Shown one piece after another: positions 1-9,061 of a stretch of 64,000 bases of DNA. The notes beneath the pieces were generated by a model. The model was not told the origin of the DNA. It searched no databases and worked only from the letters and a program-made list of their open reading frames with translations. Position numbers and translations under genes: made by a program. Each line of letters begins with the position of its first letter. Positions within the stretch are counted from its first letter, which is position 1. Source of the DNA: Bacteroidota bacterium (GTDB taxonomy: Bacteria; Bacteroidota; Bacteroidia; Palsa-965); assembly GCA_021299855.1 (NCBI GenBank), contig JAJTEY010000013.1, positions 490-64,489 on the forward strand, in the 5' to 3' direction.

Positions 1-415
1 CAATATGACCGCTTTCCCTCCGAATCATTTCCGGCAAGACAGCTTTCGTTAAAGCTATTTGCCCGAAATAATTCACTTCCATAATTTTTCGGTCAATCTC
101 CAAAGAAGTTTCTTCCGCGTAGCTCCGCTGACTAATGCCTCCGTTATTCACGAGCACATCTATACGTCCGAATTTATTAATAACCGCGCTTACTAATTCG
201 TCGGCATTGTGCAATTGTCCCAAATCCAAAGGCAAGATCAATACACGGTCGGATGACAATTGGTAATGACGTGCGACACGTTCCAATTCTTCCATTCTTC
301 TGGAAGACAACACCAACTTTGCGCCTTCACGGGCGAACGCACCAGCCAATGCTTCTCCAATTCCTGATGATGCGCCTGTAATCCAAACAACTTTACTCCC
401 AAATCCTGCTGCCAT
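1..415 (-). CDS. Short-chain dehydrogenase/reductase (SDR), N-terminal part; 3' end lies outside the window
   Basis: The reverse strand from ATG at 415 reads MAAGFGSKVVWITGASSGIGEALAGAFAREGAKLVLSSRR...VLVNNGGISQ. It carries the TGxxxGIG Rossmann motif and an NNGG motif. The start overlaps the stop of the upstream gene (TAATG). Confidence 0.8.
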   Translation of the reverse strand, partial: MAAGFGSKVVWITGASSGIGEALAGAFAREGAKLVLSSRRMEELERVARHYQLSSDRVLILPLDLGQLHNADELVSAVINKFGRIDVLVNNGGISQRSYAEETSLEIDRKIMEVNYFGQIALTKAVLPEMIRRESGHI

Positions 416-1734
416 TACTCTTCGTCGTTCCCGAAATTAAAGCGGATTAAACCCAACGCTAATGACATATTCGGATTCTTTGACTTATCTACAAACGTAA
501 GCACATCGCCCGCAGCAAGACCTAACTCCAAAAACCCTAATGGCCCGATGATCAAACCGCAAGGTAGGTTCCAACCTAAGTCTGTACTGCCGGAAACACC
601 CATATTAAAGCGAATCACACTCCCAAGTTTAACTTCACCGCCTAATGCAACAAACATAGTCTCTAGGTTATATGCACTCTTATTTAACGGCAATACAACA
701 TCGGCACCAATCATTATCTTTTCTCCGATGGTCATGCCATAACCGAAGCGCAGACGAGAAGGCAACTTGTTTTTATAATCCGTTCCGGGCGTATAATTAA
801 TGACCGCATTATCACCAAACAGAAAAGATGGACTACTCATATTCCAGGAATTCAATCCTACGTCATTTGTATCAAGTTGAGGCATCAACAAAACTACAGT
901 TGCTCCAAAATCAGTTGCAACACCGGTTCCTACCGCATTGAAAATACTTCCGACACTATGCGGATTGAAATTCTGAATGTTGCCATAGTTGATGTTGTAG
1001 TTGGTAGAAAATGACGCCGTACCGGATACTAGTGCATTAGTAATCTTAGCATTCACATTGCCTAATCCCCACAAGTATTTGAAACCAACACCACCAAACA
1101 CCTCCAACGCTTGTCGTCCCTTATCATCTTCAGTTCCGAAACCGAATAATTTCCTTCCGTACGCAATATTCATTTCTCGGTAATGCAAATACGCCAGGGA
1201 TGTTCCGTTAAAAATCTGAGACATATACTGCGAATACACGGATGAATCTTGATAAGCTAACGAATTAATTCCATTAAAAATAAAATCAGCAGCATTCTGT
1301 GATAAACTCACATTTCCAAATGCACGATCGCGCATATTCACTGCAATACCTCCGAGCTTCGGAAAATATAACGATGCCGCAAACCAATTGACGTTTGCAT
1401 TCAGATTGAGCCCGTCCTCTGTGGTAAACAGGTTGGCATACATCTGCTTCTCGGCGGCGGTAAACGTATCGTTGGGATTGGTAAGCGCATTACGCAATTC
1501 GCCTAGTTTTAAAGCCTTCGATTGCACCGTTAAACCGGCATTAGCGAGCGTAAACGAGAACTTATAATTATCGCCCAAACCCAAATTGGATGGATTAATG
1601 CCAATTGCTTCGTAATTGCCTACAAGAGCAGTTGCTGCGCCACCTTTGCCACTCGCTGTAGGCAAACCCATATCTATTTGCGCAAACAAATGAGCGGAGA
1701 AAGTGACTCCTAAAAACAGTATTACTTTTTTCAT
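415..1734 (-). CDS. Uncharacterised outer-membrane beta-barrel protein (FadL/PorV-like style)
   Basis: The start was moved to the internal MKKVILFLGVTFSAHLFAQ signal peptide (ATG 1734). The sequence is Gly/Asn/aromatic-rich with alternating beta-strand character and a C-terminal aromatic residue (IRFNFG). No specific family was recognised. Confidence 0.6.
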   Translation of the reverse strand: MKKVILFLGVTFSAHLFAQIDMGLPTASGKGGAATALVGNYEAIGINPSNLGLGDNYKFSFTLANAGLTVQSKALKLGELRNALTNPNDTFTAAEKQMYANLFTTEDGLNLNANVNWFAASLYFPKLGGIAVNMRDRAFGNVSLSQNAADFIFNGINSLAYQDSSVYSQYMSQIFNGTSLAYLHYREMNIAYGRKLFGFGTEDDKGRQALEVFGGVGFKYLWGLGNVNAKITNALVSGTASFSTNYNINYGNIQNFNPHSVGSIFNAVGTGVATDFGATVVLLMPQLDTNDVGLNSWNMSSPSFLFGDNAVINYTPGTDYKNKLPSRLRFGYGMTIGEKIMIGADVVLPLNKSAYNLETMFVALGGEVKLGSVIRFNMGVSGSTDLGWNLPCGLIIGPLGFLELGLAAGDVLTFVDKSKNPNMSLALGLIRFNFGNDEE

Positions 1735-1853
1735 CGTGAGGGAGTTTGGTATTGTGGTTCTAAGGTAGCGAAACAATATAAACGGCTAACTCAACGATTC
1801 AAATTATGCGTTTCAAACTGATTCGAAATTTTCGCGCCGCCTATCTAAAATTT

Positions 1854-2070
1854 TGTAGCGTAGCAAATCCGATGACGCCGTAAAATAAAAACGGCAACTT
1901 GAAAAAGTTGCCGTTGAAAGTGGTTCGAGGCAGGGCGGAGTGAGTAGATCCGGGGTGATTATCGCAGCGACGAGCCGGTAAGCGCGGTGGCTGTTGCGTA
2001 GCACATTCGATGACGCCCGAAAATAAAAAACGGCAACTTTAACAAGTTGCCGTTGGAAGTGGTTCGAGGC
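1854..2070. repeat. Tandem imperfect direct repeat (about 78 nt, period 138 nt) duplicating the last 11 nt of tRNA-Phe plus its terminator hairpin
   Basis: Copy 1 is 1854..1931 and copy 2 is 1992..2070: TGT(A/T)GCGTAGCA...GATGACGCC..AAAATAAAAA(A)CGGCAACTT...AAGTTGCCGTTG(A/G)AAGTGGTTCGAGGC. Hand alignment gives roughly 88% identity. Confidence 0.8.
2020..2054 (-). terminator. Rho-independent terminator of tRNA-Phe; a second copy lies at 1882..1915
   Basis: An 11-bp stem AACGGCAACTT/AAGTTGCCGTT (2029..2054) is followed on the minus strand by TTTTTTATTTT. Confidence 0.75.
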
Positions 2071-2132
2071 GGAATCGAACCGCCGACACAAGGATTTTCA
2101 GTCCTTTGCTCTACCAGCTGAGCTATCGAACC
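2060..2132 (-). tRNA. tRNA-Phe (anticodon GAA)
   Basis: The reverse complement is GGTTCGATAGCTCAGCTGGTAGAGCAAAGGACTGAAAATCCTTGTGTCGGCGGTTCGATTCCGCCTCGAACCA. It has a perfect 7-bp acceptor stem, a CT-GAA-AA anticodon loop, a GGTTCGATTCC T-arm and discriminator A. No CCA is encoded. Confidence 0.95.
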
Positions 2133-2225
2133 TTACCACGATTATTCATCGTCCGAGATATTCATTCGGGGTGGCAAATGTAACTATAATTTTTATTTGC
2201 CAAAATTTCCACCTGAATTTCTGCA

Positions 2226-2233
2226 TAGATTTG
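2226..2233 (+). promoter_or_regulatory. Bacteroidota -7 promoter box (TAnnTTTG) for coaX
   Basis: TAGATTTG lies 6 nt before ATG 2240. Confidence 0.5.
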
Positions 2234-2239
2234 CAACCG

Positions 2240-2983
2240 ATGAAGGATTGCCGTCTGATCTTGGACTGGGGAAATACAGCCCTTAAAGCTTATGTGTATG
2301 AAGGAAATGCCGTCATCGAGCAGCACGTATTCGAAGGCGATGATTTTGCCGCTGTAATGCGTCTTGCGGAATCGCTGAAACCTTCAATCATCCTACTTGC
2401 CAGCGTTATTCATCATCCCCGAAATGTGGAATTGGACTTACGACGCATTGCACCAACTATTGTGCTTACTCCCGGAACTCCTTTGCCCGTTCGTAACAAT
2501 TACCGCACTCCGGATAGTTTGGGTTACGATCGTTTGGCTGCAGCCATTGGCGCATGGCAACTTTCGCCCGGAAAACCCGTCTTAGCTGTTGTGGCAGGTA
2601 CATGTATTACATATAATCTCATCGACAGCAACAATCATTTTCTTGGCGGTGCTATTTCGCCGGGCTTGCGCATGCGAATGAAAAGTATGCATGTATTTAC
2701 CGCAAAACTCCCGGAACCCGATTTGCAAGGCGAAATGCCACTTACAGGAAACGACACGGAAACGTCTATGCGCTCGGGAGTTGTTCACGGTGCTGCTGCT
2801 GAAATAACCGGCATGTATAACGAGTACCTGCTGCACTATCCGCAATTGCAATTGTGCTTAACCGGTGGAGACGCGCCGCTTTTGGCTGGCGTACTTAAAA
2901 ATGGCATCTTTGCACGTCCGAATCTCATAGCAGACGGACTAAACTGTATTATTAATTATCATGTGGAGAACCACCTTCTTTAA
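2240..2983 (+). CDS. coaX: Type III pantothenate kinase
   Basis: The protein starts MKDCRLILDWGNTALKAYVY (DxGNT phosphate-binding motif), carries GTCITYN and GGISPG motifs, and is about 247 aa. The start was moved from the ORF-track 2171 to the ATG next to the -7 box. Confidence 0.85.
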   Translation: MKDCRLILDWGNTALKAYVYEGNAVIEQHVFEGDDFAAVMRLAESLKPSIILLASVIHHPRNVELDLRRIAPTIVLTPGTPLPVRNNYRTPDSLGYDRLAAAIGAWQLSPGKPVLAVVAGTCITYNLIDSNNHFLGGAISPGLRMRMKSMHVFTAKLPEPDLQGEMPLTGNDTETSMRSGVVHGAAAEITGMYNEYLLHYPQLQLCLTGGDAPLLAGVLKNGIFARPNLIADGLNCIINYHVENHLL

Positions 2984-4523
2984 TTTTAGTCTCAAAGTAT
3001 TTCTTGCGGTTGCTGTAATGGTGGTTACCGAAAATGTGTTACAGGCTCAGAATCCGTCTGTGTTGCAAACGGTTTCACCGTATTCGCGTTACGGAATTGG
3101 CGATTTCCAGTTTAACGGAGGACTGATTAACACCGCCCTGGGTGGTGGCGGTATTGCGTTACGTAACGACTCCATGATTCCGCAGTACATCAACCTTTTA
3201 AATCCGGCATCGCTTACGGCGCATCAGTTGGTGACTTACGAGGTGTCATTGATGAGCAATACTGTTCAACTTTCCAATTCCTCATCATCTGCCATTTTCA
3301 ATCGTACCACATTGGGGCATTTGGCACTGGCTTTTCCTGTATCTAAACGATGGGGAGCTGCTTTCGGACTTACACCTTATTCATCTGTCGGTTACAACGT
3401 AAGTTCTCCCGATGAGGTTCCAAATCTTGGTCCGGTTACTTACAAATACGAAGGAGCCGGTGGTGTAAATCAGGTGTTTCTTGCCAACGCTATTCGCCCT
3501 TTCGCCGGCGCAACGCGCAAGTATTTGTTATCATCAAATTACGACAAGGACAAATTAGTTGGCGACACAAACGTCATTAAGCGTAAAGTGCGTTATAGAA
3601 CGGCATTAACAAATATTTCCGTAGGATTCACAGCGTCATACTTATACGGTTCGTTAACCAATATTCGTCGTGATGTTTTCCCGGATTCATTGCAAACGTT
3701 TAACACTAAAATTGCTAAGTCAACAACGTTTCGCGATGTTTATTTCAACGCCGGATTGCAGTACACCTTCCGCATCAATCGTACGATCAATCCGCAATTT
3801 CAGAATATGCCCGACTCACTTATAGTGGACAAGAGCTGGATGAAAAATAAATTCGTTTACCGCAAGGGCAATCAGGAAGAAACACGTAACATTTTTATTA
3901 AGAGTCCCGGTGCTCGCATGACCATTGGCGCTGTGATTGGATTCCCTGCTGAAGTGGCAACAACATACGAACTCTTGGCGCAAACGTATAAACAGGTTGG
4001 AACAATAGAACAAATTCGCGACACCGTTTCATTTGTCAATGGAATTCCTTCTCGCGTACAAGTGCCTTTAATGGCAGGCGGAGGTTTTGCAATTAAGAAA
4101 GACTGGAAATGGATGATACAAGCCGATTACTCCACACAACTGTGGTCAGGAGTGGCTTCCACTTCCGCTGCAGGCTTGGTAAAGAACAGTCACCGTGCTA
4201 CAGCAGGCTTTCAGTGGCAACCGAAAATCATCGGTCGTGGCAATTATTTTGCTGCTGTTCAGTATCGCCTCGGCATGCGCTATCATCAAACAGCGTTGGA
4301 AATTAATAATGTGCAATTGCGCGAAACGGCTATCAACTTCAGTATTGGAATGCCGGCTCCTTTCCGCCCTCGTTTGAGTGAACCTATCGGACGATTGAAT
4401 ATGTCTTTTGAAGTTGGTCGTCGCGGAACAATTGAATCCGGTTTGTTGCAGGAGAACTTCTTCCGTGTAAGTATCGGTATGTCTATTAACGACCGCTGGT
4501 TTACGCGTTATAAGATCGATTAA
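2961..4523 (+). CDS. Uncharacterised outer-membrane beta-barrel protein
   Basis: Signal peptide ...VVTENVLQAQ is followed by SPYSRYGIGD. The protein is long, Gly/aromatic-rich and beta-strand-like, with a terminal aromatic (TRYKID). It overlaps the coaX 3' end by 23 nt. Confidence 0.6.
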   Translation: MWRTTFFNFSLKVFLAVAVMVVTENVLQAQNPSVLQTVSPYSRYGIGDFQFNGGLINTALGGGGIALRNDSMIPQYINLLNPASLTAHQLVTYEVSLMSNTVQLSNSSSSAIFNRTTLGHLALAFPVSKRWGAAFGLTPYSSVGYNVSSPDEVPNLGPVTYKYEGAGGVNQVFLANAIRPFAGATRKYLLSSNYDKDKLVGDTNVIKRKVRYRTALTNISVGFTASYLYGSLTNIRRDVFPDSLQTFNTKIAKSTTFRDVYFNAGLQYTFRINRTINPQFQNMPDSLIVDKSWMKNKFVYRKGNQEETRNIFIKSPGARMTIGAVIGFPAEVATTYELLAQTYKQVGTIEQIRDTVSFVNGIPSRVQVPLMAGGGFAIKKDWKWMIQADYSTQLWSGVASTSAAGLVKNSHRATAGFQWQPKIIGRGNYFAAVQYRLGMRYHQTALEINNVQLRETAINFSIGMPAPFRPRLSEPIGRLNMSFEVGRRGTIESGLLQENFFRVSIGMSINDRWFTRYKID

Positions 4524-4525
4524 TC

Positions 4526-5068
4526 ATGCGAATTTCGGCTTTCATTATTGCAATCGTAATCGTGCTGTGCAGCGCCTGCAGAAATGATCCTGCCAAAGTA
4601 AAATCGTACACCGTTAAAGACACGTTACCATTTCAGACAGCAACAAAAGTCGACCTGCTGTTTACTGATTCTGCGCGTGTTAAAATTCATCTGAAAGCAC
4701 CGTTGATTGAGGAATTCGGCAATGATAATCCGCATACCATTCTATCTAAAGGGGTTGAACTCGATTTCTTCGATGATTCCGGAGCGGTGAACACTTCTCT
4801 TACCGCAAAGTATGCCATTCGTTACGAACGCGAACAAAAGATGGAAGCGCGTAACGATGTGGTGGTCGTGAATATCAAAGGTGAAAAATTGAATACCGAA
4901 AAACTCATCTGGGACGGAATACGACGTAAAATTTACACCGATGCATTTGTAAAAATTACCACGGAAGATCAGATTCTGATGGGAAACGGATTGGAATCAG
5001 ATGAGACATTTTCGGAATACGAAATCAAAAACCTTACAGGAACAATACTTTTAAAGGACGGCGAATAA
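4526..5068 (+). CDS. lptC: LptC-like periplasmic LPS-export lipoprotein
   Basis: Lipoprotein signal MRISAFIIAIVIVLCSAC, about 180 aa. The OstA/LptC-like pattern (DSARVKIHLKAP...ARNDVVVVN..GEKLNTEKLIWD) fits. The family call is from memory of Bacteroidota LptC. Confidence 0.55.
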   Translation: MRISAFIIAIVIVLCSACRNDPAKVKSYTVKDTLPFQTATKVDLLFTDSARVKIHLKAPLIEEFGNDNPHTILSKGVELDFFDDSGAVNTSLTAKYAIRYEREQKMEARNDVVVVNIKGEKLNTEKLIWDGIRRKIYTDAFVKITTEDQILMGNGLESDETFSEYEIKNLTGTILLKDGE

Positions 5069-5069
5069 C

Positions 5070-5318
5070 ATGAAAAAATACTTCAAAATCACGGAATATG
5101 TTTGGTTGGTGCTGTCGCTGATCATGGTCATTACTTCGGTATATCTGTTTATCATCGGTGATCAGCAAACCGGCACATTCTCGTTGTTGTTAACCGCTTT
5201 TGCCGGAGTAATGTACAGTATGCGCCGACGCTACAACCGCATGGTGGAACGCCAGGCCGAAAAAGCCGCCCAAATGGAGTCTCAAACCACTGATAAACAG
5301 CAAAATAAAAAGGCGTAA
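5070..5318 (+). CDS. Small two-TM membrane protein, unknown function
   Basis: The 82-aa protein has two hydrophobic segments (VWLVLSLIMVITSVYLFII; FSLLLTAFAGVMY) and a charged C-tail. It is tightly coupled to the upstream gene (1-nt gap). Confidence 0.6.
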   Translation: MKKYFKITEYVWLVLSLIMVITSVYLFIIGDQQTGTFSLLLTAFAGVMYSMRRRYNRMVERQAEKAAQMESQTTDKQQNKKA

Positions 5319-5390
5319 ACGATTCATTTCGGGGATTTGCCCTTTATATTGTATATTCGTGCCCCAATTCAAAAATAAACGTCATTAATT

Positions 5391-7535
5391 ATGACCATTT
5401 TAGCTAAGATCAGAAGTCGTGTAGGACTTATTGTAGGAAGTATTTTTGTCGCTCTTTTGGCTTTCGTTTTAACCGATTTCCTGGGCAACAATACCGCCAT
5501 GTTCGGTAGAGATACTTCGGTAGGTGAAATTAACGGAACCGAAATTTCCATCATGGAATTTAACGGCAAGGTGGAACAATACAGCCAGGGCCGTTCATTA
5601 TCAGAAATGGAACAGCAGCAAATGTCTGAAGGCGTTTGGGCTGAATACATCGAAAATTTGATTTTCGTTCCGGAGTACGATGAACTTGGAATTGTTGTTA
5701 CAGACGATGAATTAGCTGATCAGATGATGGGTGATAACATTTCACCTTACATGATGCAATTCTTCCAGGATCGTCAAACCGGCCAAGTGAATCCGCAATT
5801 CGCTAATGCAATGGGTGGATTAGACGGTGCTAAAATTCGTCAGTTTGTTACAGGTATGCAGCCGGAACAAGAAACCCAGTGGGCGGAAATTGAAGTTTCC
5901 ATGCGCAAGCAACTGCGTAAAGAAAAATACAACCAATTGGTGCGTAAAGGTATTTACGTGACAACTGCACAGGCAAAGCGTGAGCACAACGAAGAAAACA
6001 CAAAATACACGTTCAACTTCGTGACTAAGAAATACGCAGATATTCCGGATTCTACGATCAAAGTAACTGATGCGGAATTGGAAGATTATTACAAGTCGCA
6101 CGAGTACAAATTCAAGCAGCGTGAAGAAGAGCGGGACATGGAATTTATTGGTTTCGATATTTTCCCATCTGCTGATGATATCGCTAACCAGCGCAAGGAA
6201 ATGGAAAGCGTTGCAACAACATTTGCAGGCAAAAGCGGCATTGATGATTCATTATATGTATTGGCTACTTCAGACAACCCGATGTTCGTGAAGGAATATA
6301 TGCGTTCCGGTCAGTTCCCTGTTGGAACAGACAGCGCATTCCTGAAAGCTGCTCCCGGAACTGTTTTGGGACCCTACAACATGGGACAGAATGTAGTCGT
6401 GTACAAAGTATACGGCAACAAAGTTTCTGCAGACTCTGCAAAGGTTCGTCACATCCTTGTAGCTTGTAAAGATTGCGCTCAGGCTTCGCCTGAAATTTCA
6501 CGTACTAAAGCACAGGCTAAAATGCGGGCAGATTCTATTCAGCGTGTGGTGAAGTCGAAGAAAGCGAAGTTGGAAGATATAGTGGAGAAACTTACCGACG
6601 ATCCGGGTTCCAAGAGCGGTAACAAAGGTGATTACGGTTGGTTTACTCCTGAAAGCGGATTTGTTCAGCCGTTTAAGGACGCCGGTTTCAATAACAACAA
6701 AGGAGATGTTGTGGTTGTAGAAACAGAATTCGGATACCACGTTATTGAAGTTTTGGACAAAACCGCTCCTTCAACTAAAGTTCAGGTTGCTAAAATTGAA
6801 AGCAAGACAGAAGCATCTGAAGCTACAATACGCGCAGTATTCAATACAGCTTCTCAATTTGCTGTAGAAAACAATACTGCAGAGAAATTCAACTCAGGTG
6901 CTCAGGCGAAAAGTTTAAACGTTCAGAAGTCGGATAAGATTGTGGAGAGTTCGCGTTACATCAATGGTTTGGAGAACTCACGCGAGATTGTACGTTGGCT
7001 ATACAACGAAGATCGTGAAATTGGACAAGTTTCCGAACCGTTCCAATCGGGTGAGCGCTACGTGGTATGCAAGTTGACTAAGATCGTGAAGAAAGGCGTG
7101 AAGCCTTTGGCAGAAGTGCGTGACATTTGTGAATTGGAAGTACGTAAGCAGAAGAAAGCGCAAATGATCATTGATGAGTTGAATAAGAACAAAGGTGCTA
7201 ACCTGGAAGCTTGGGCAACGAACATGAAAACTACTGTAATGCCTGCGGCGAATATTACGTTAGGTGCTCCGTATATCGCCGGTGCTGGTTACGAAGGAGA
7301 AGTTGTAGGTAAAGTTTCTGCAATGGCGGTGAATCAAATGTCGGCTCCGATTAAAGGATCTATGGGTGTTTATGTAGTAATTGTAACCACGGTTTCGAAA
7401 GCTGAACCTTTAACTGATGTAAAAGCACAGCAGGCGCGTTTAATTCAGGGTTATGGTGCTCGTACCGATAACGCGGTGAATGATGTGTTACGCGAAAATG
7501 CGGACATCGTTGACAATCGCGCGAAGCATTACTAA
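5391..7535 (+). CDS. PpiD/SurA-like periplasmic peptidyl-prolyl isomerase (parvulin domain)
   Basis: It has an N-terminal membrane anchor (VGLIVGSIFVALLAFVL) and a SurA-N-like region. The parvulin signature is VRHILV...GDYGWFTPESGFVQPFKDA...GYHVIEV. Confidence 0.85.
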   Translation: MTILAKIRSRVGLIVGSIFVALLAFVLTDFLGNNTAMFGRDTSVGEINGTEISIMEFNGKVEQYSQGRSLSEMEQQQMSEGVWAEYIENLIFVPEYDELGIVVTDDELADQMMGDNISPYMMQFFQDRQTGQVNPQFANAMGGLDGAKIRQFVTGMQPEQETQWAEIEVSMRKQLRKEKYNQLVRKGIYVTTAQAKREHNEENTKYTFNFVTKKYADIPDSTIKVTDAELEDYYKSHEYKFKQREEERDMEFIGFDIFPSADDIANQRKEMESVATTFAGKSGIDDSLYVLATSDNPMFVKEYMRSGQFPVGTDSAFLKAAPGTVLGPYNMGQNVVVYKVYGNKVSADSAKVRHILVACKDCAQASPEISRTKAQAKMRADSIQRVVKSKKAKLEDIVEKLTDDPGSKSGNKGDYGWFTPESGFVQPFKDAGFNNNKGDVVVVETEFGYHVIEVLDKTAPSTKVQVAKIESKTEASEATIRAVFNTASQFAVENNTAEKFNSGAQAKSLNVQKSDKIVESSRYINGLENSREIVRWLYNEDREIGQVSEPFQSGERYVVCKLTKIVKKGVKPLAEVRDICELEVRKQKKAQMIIDELNKNKGANLEAWATNMKTTVMPAANITLGAPYIAGAGYEGEVVGKVSAMAVNQMSAPIKGSMGVYVVIVTTVSKAEPLTDVKAQQARLIQGYGARTDNAVNDVLRENADIVDNRAKHY

Positions 7536-7555
7536 ACTTAACCGGAATAATTTTC

Positions 7556-7586
7556 AAGGCTATCCGAAAGGGTAGCCTTTTTTTGT
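7556..7586 (+). terminator. Rho-independent terminator after the PpiD-like gene
   Basis: AAGGCTATCC-GAAA-GGGTAGCCTT is followed by TTTTTT. Confidence 0.8.
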
Positions 7587-7779
7587 GGTTACTGTTTTAC
7601 ACCGCTTTCGACAACTGCAACTGTATTCATTCGCGACATTTCGTGTGATTGAATAGCGTTTACTGAACTTTATAACCACGATTTAATTGAAATGAACCGC
7701 ATGAGCTATTCACATTGTGTGTAGCTATTGTAGAGCGCTTAAAATGCATGATGTGGCAAATGCGATACCATGAATTCGC

Positions 7780-9060
7780 CTAACGCAACACGAGTAATCG
7801 TTGCGAATCGAGTTTCACAAAGATGAACACCAGTATAGTGAATGATATCAGTGAAGATCCGCCATAACTGAAAAATGGCAATGGAATTCCGATAACCGGA
7901 ATAATACCAATCGTCATTCCGACATTGATGACTAAGTGAAAAAACAACACAGCTGCAACGGCATAACCATAAATCCTGGTGAAATCCGATCGTTGTCGTT
8001 CTGCCATAAACACCAAGCGAACAATTAAAATCGTGTACAACAAAACGACCAATGCGCTGCCTGCAAATCCCCACTCCTCGCCTACGGTACAAAAAATAAA
8101 ATCTGTTTCCTGTTCGGGCACGAATCGAAATTTCGTTTGCGTACCTTCCAAATAACCTTTGCCCATTGCCCCGCCTGAACCAATAGCAATCATGGACTGA
8201 CGTGTGTTGTATCCGTAACGATCTTCAATAGCTTGTGAGACCGGCAATCCCAACCACACTTTTATTCGTCCTGCCTGGTGCTCCGGCATTTTCTCCAATA
8301 CTTTAGGTCCTGCAAATAGTGCTCCTATAAAGAACACCACTCCAAAGAGGACGATCAGTATATTTTTAAATCGACGGCGTATAAACAAAAGCGATGCTAT
8401 TCCAATTGCAACAACTGATCCGGCGTAATACACAAAGTTATCCTGGTACTTTATTCCAAGTACTACACACAATACGATGCCCAAGCCAACCAATAACCAC
8501 CACCCCTGAATGATACCTTCACGATACAGCACAATCGTAAATGCAGAGAACACCAATGCTACTCCGGTCTCATCCTGCAACACCATGATAATGGCCATTG
8601 GAAGTCCAAGTATTCCCAGAGCTGTCCAAACTGATTTTTTCAAATTGGCCGGATTAACACCACTCATAAATTTCGCTAAAGCCAATGCTGTTGCCCATTT
8701 CGCAAACTCACCGGGTTGAAAAGTAAATCCTCCCACTTTAAACCATGAGTGACTTCCCTTGATTTCCGTTCCGGCTACAAGCACCAACAGATTCAACAAT
8801 ACTACTCCGCCATACAGCGCATAGGCCGAGACCGTAAAAAAGGATGCGTCAATAATTAAAATTGAAAACGCCAGTAAAATACTCAGGACAGCGAACAATA
8901 ACTGTTTGCTTTCGAGACGCTCCATGTTAAACACATCACTCTTCACAGGGTCATAAACGGCCGAATAAATATTAAACCAACCCATCATCATCAACAATAG
9001 GTAAATGGTTACCGTTAACCAGTCCACATTATAAAATAAACCTTCGCTTTTCTCGCGCAT
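7780..9060 (-). CDS. rodA: Rod-shape-determining SEDS protein RodA
   Basis: 426-aa polytopic FtsW/RodA/SpoVE family protein (...PQETDFIF...GEEWGF...LPFFSYGGSS). It sits directly after mrdA in the mre cluster. Confidence 0.9.
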   Translation of the reverse strand: MREKSEGLFYNVDWLTVTIYLLLMMMGWFNIYSAVYDPVKSDVFNMERLESKQLLFAVLSILLAFSILIIDASFFTVSAYALYGGVVLLNLLVLVAGTEIKGSHSWFKVGGFTFQPGEFAKWATALALAKFMSGVNPANLKKSVWTALGILGLPMAIIMVLQDETGVALVFSAFTIVLYREGIIQGWWLLVGLGIVLCVVLGIKYQDNFVYYAGSVVAIGIASLLFIRRRFKNILIVLFGVVFFIGALFAGPKVLEKMPEHQAGRIKVWLGLPVSQAIEDRYGYNTRQSMIAIGSGGAMGKGYLEGTQTKFRFVPEQETDFIFCTVGEEWGFAGSALVVLLYTILIVRLVFMAERQRSDFTRIYGYAVAAVLFFHLVINVGMTIGIIPVIGIPLPFFSYGGSSLISFTILVFIFVKLDSQRLLVLR

Positions 9061-9061
9061 G

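Noticed and set aside
1813-2091. 92-codon minus-strand ORF spanning the tRNA-Phe 3' end and the duplicated terminator region
   Set aside because: It runs through a tRNA gene and two terminator hairpins, and its composition is driven by the repeats. It is not a plausible protein.
7587-7779. 190-nt spacer between convergent ppiD-like and rodA genes as a possible sRNA locus
   Set aside because: I found no promoter box, stable hairpin or terminator besides the ppiD-like terminator. Only trivial ORFs (under 10 codons) are present.
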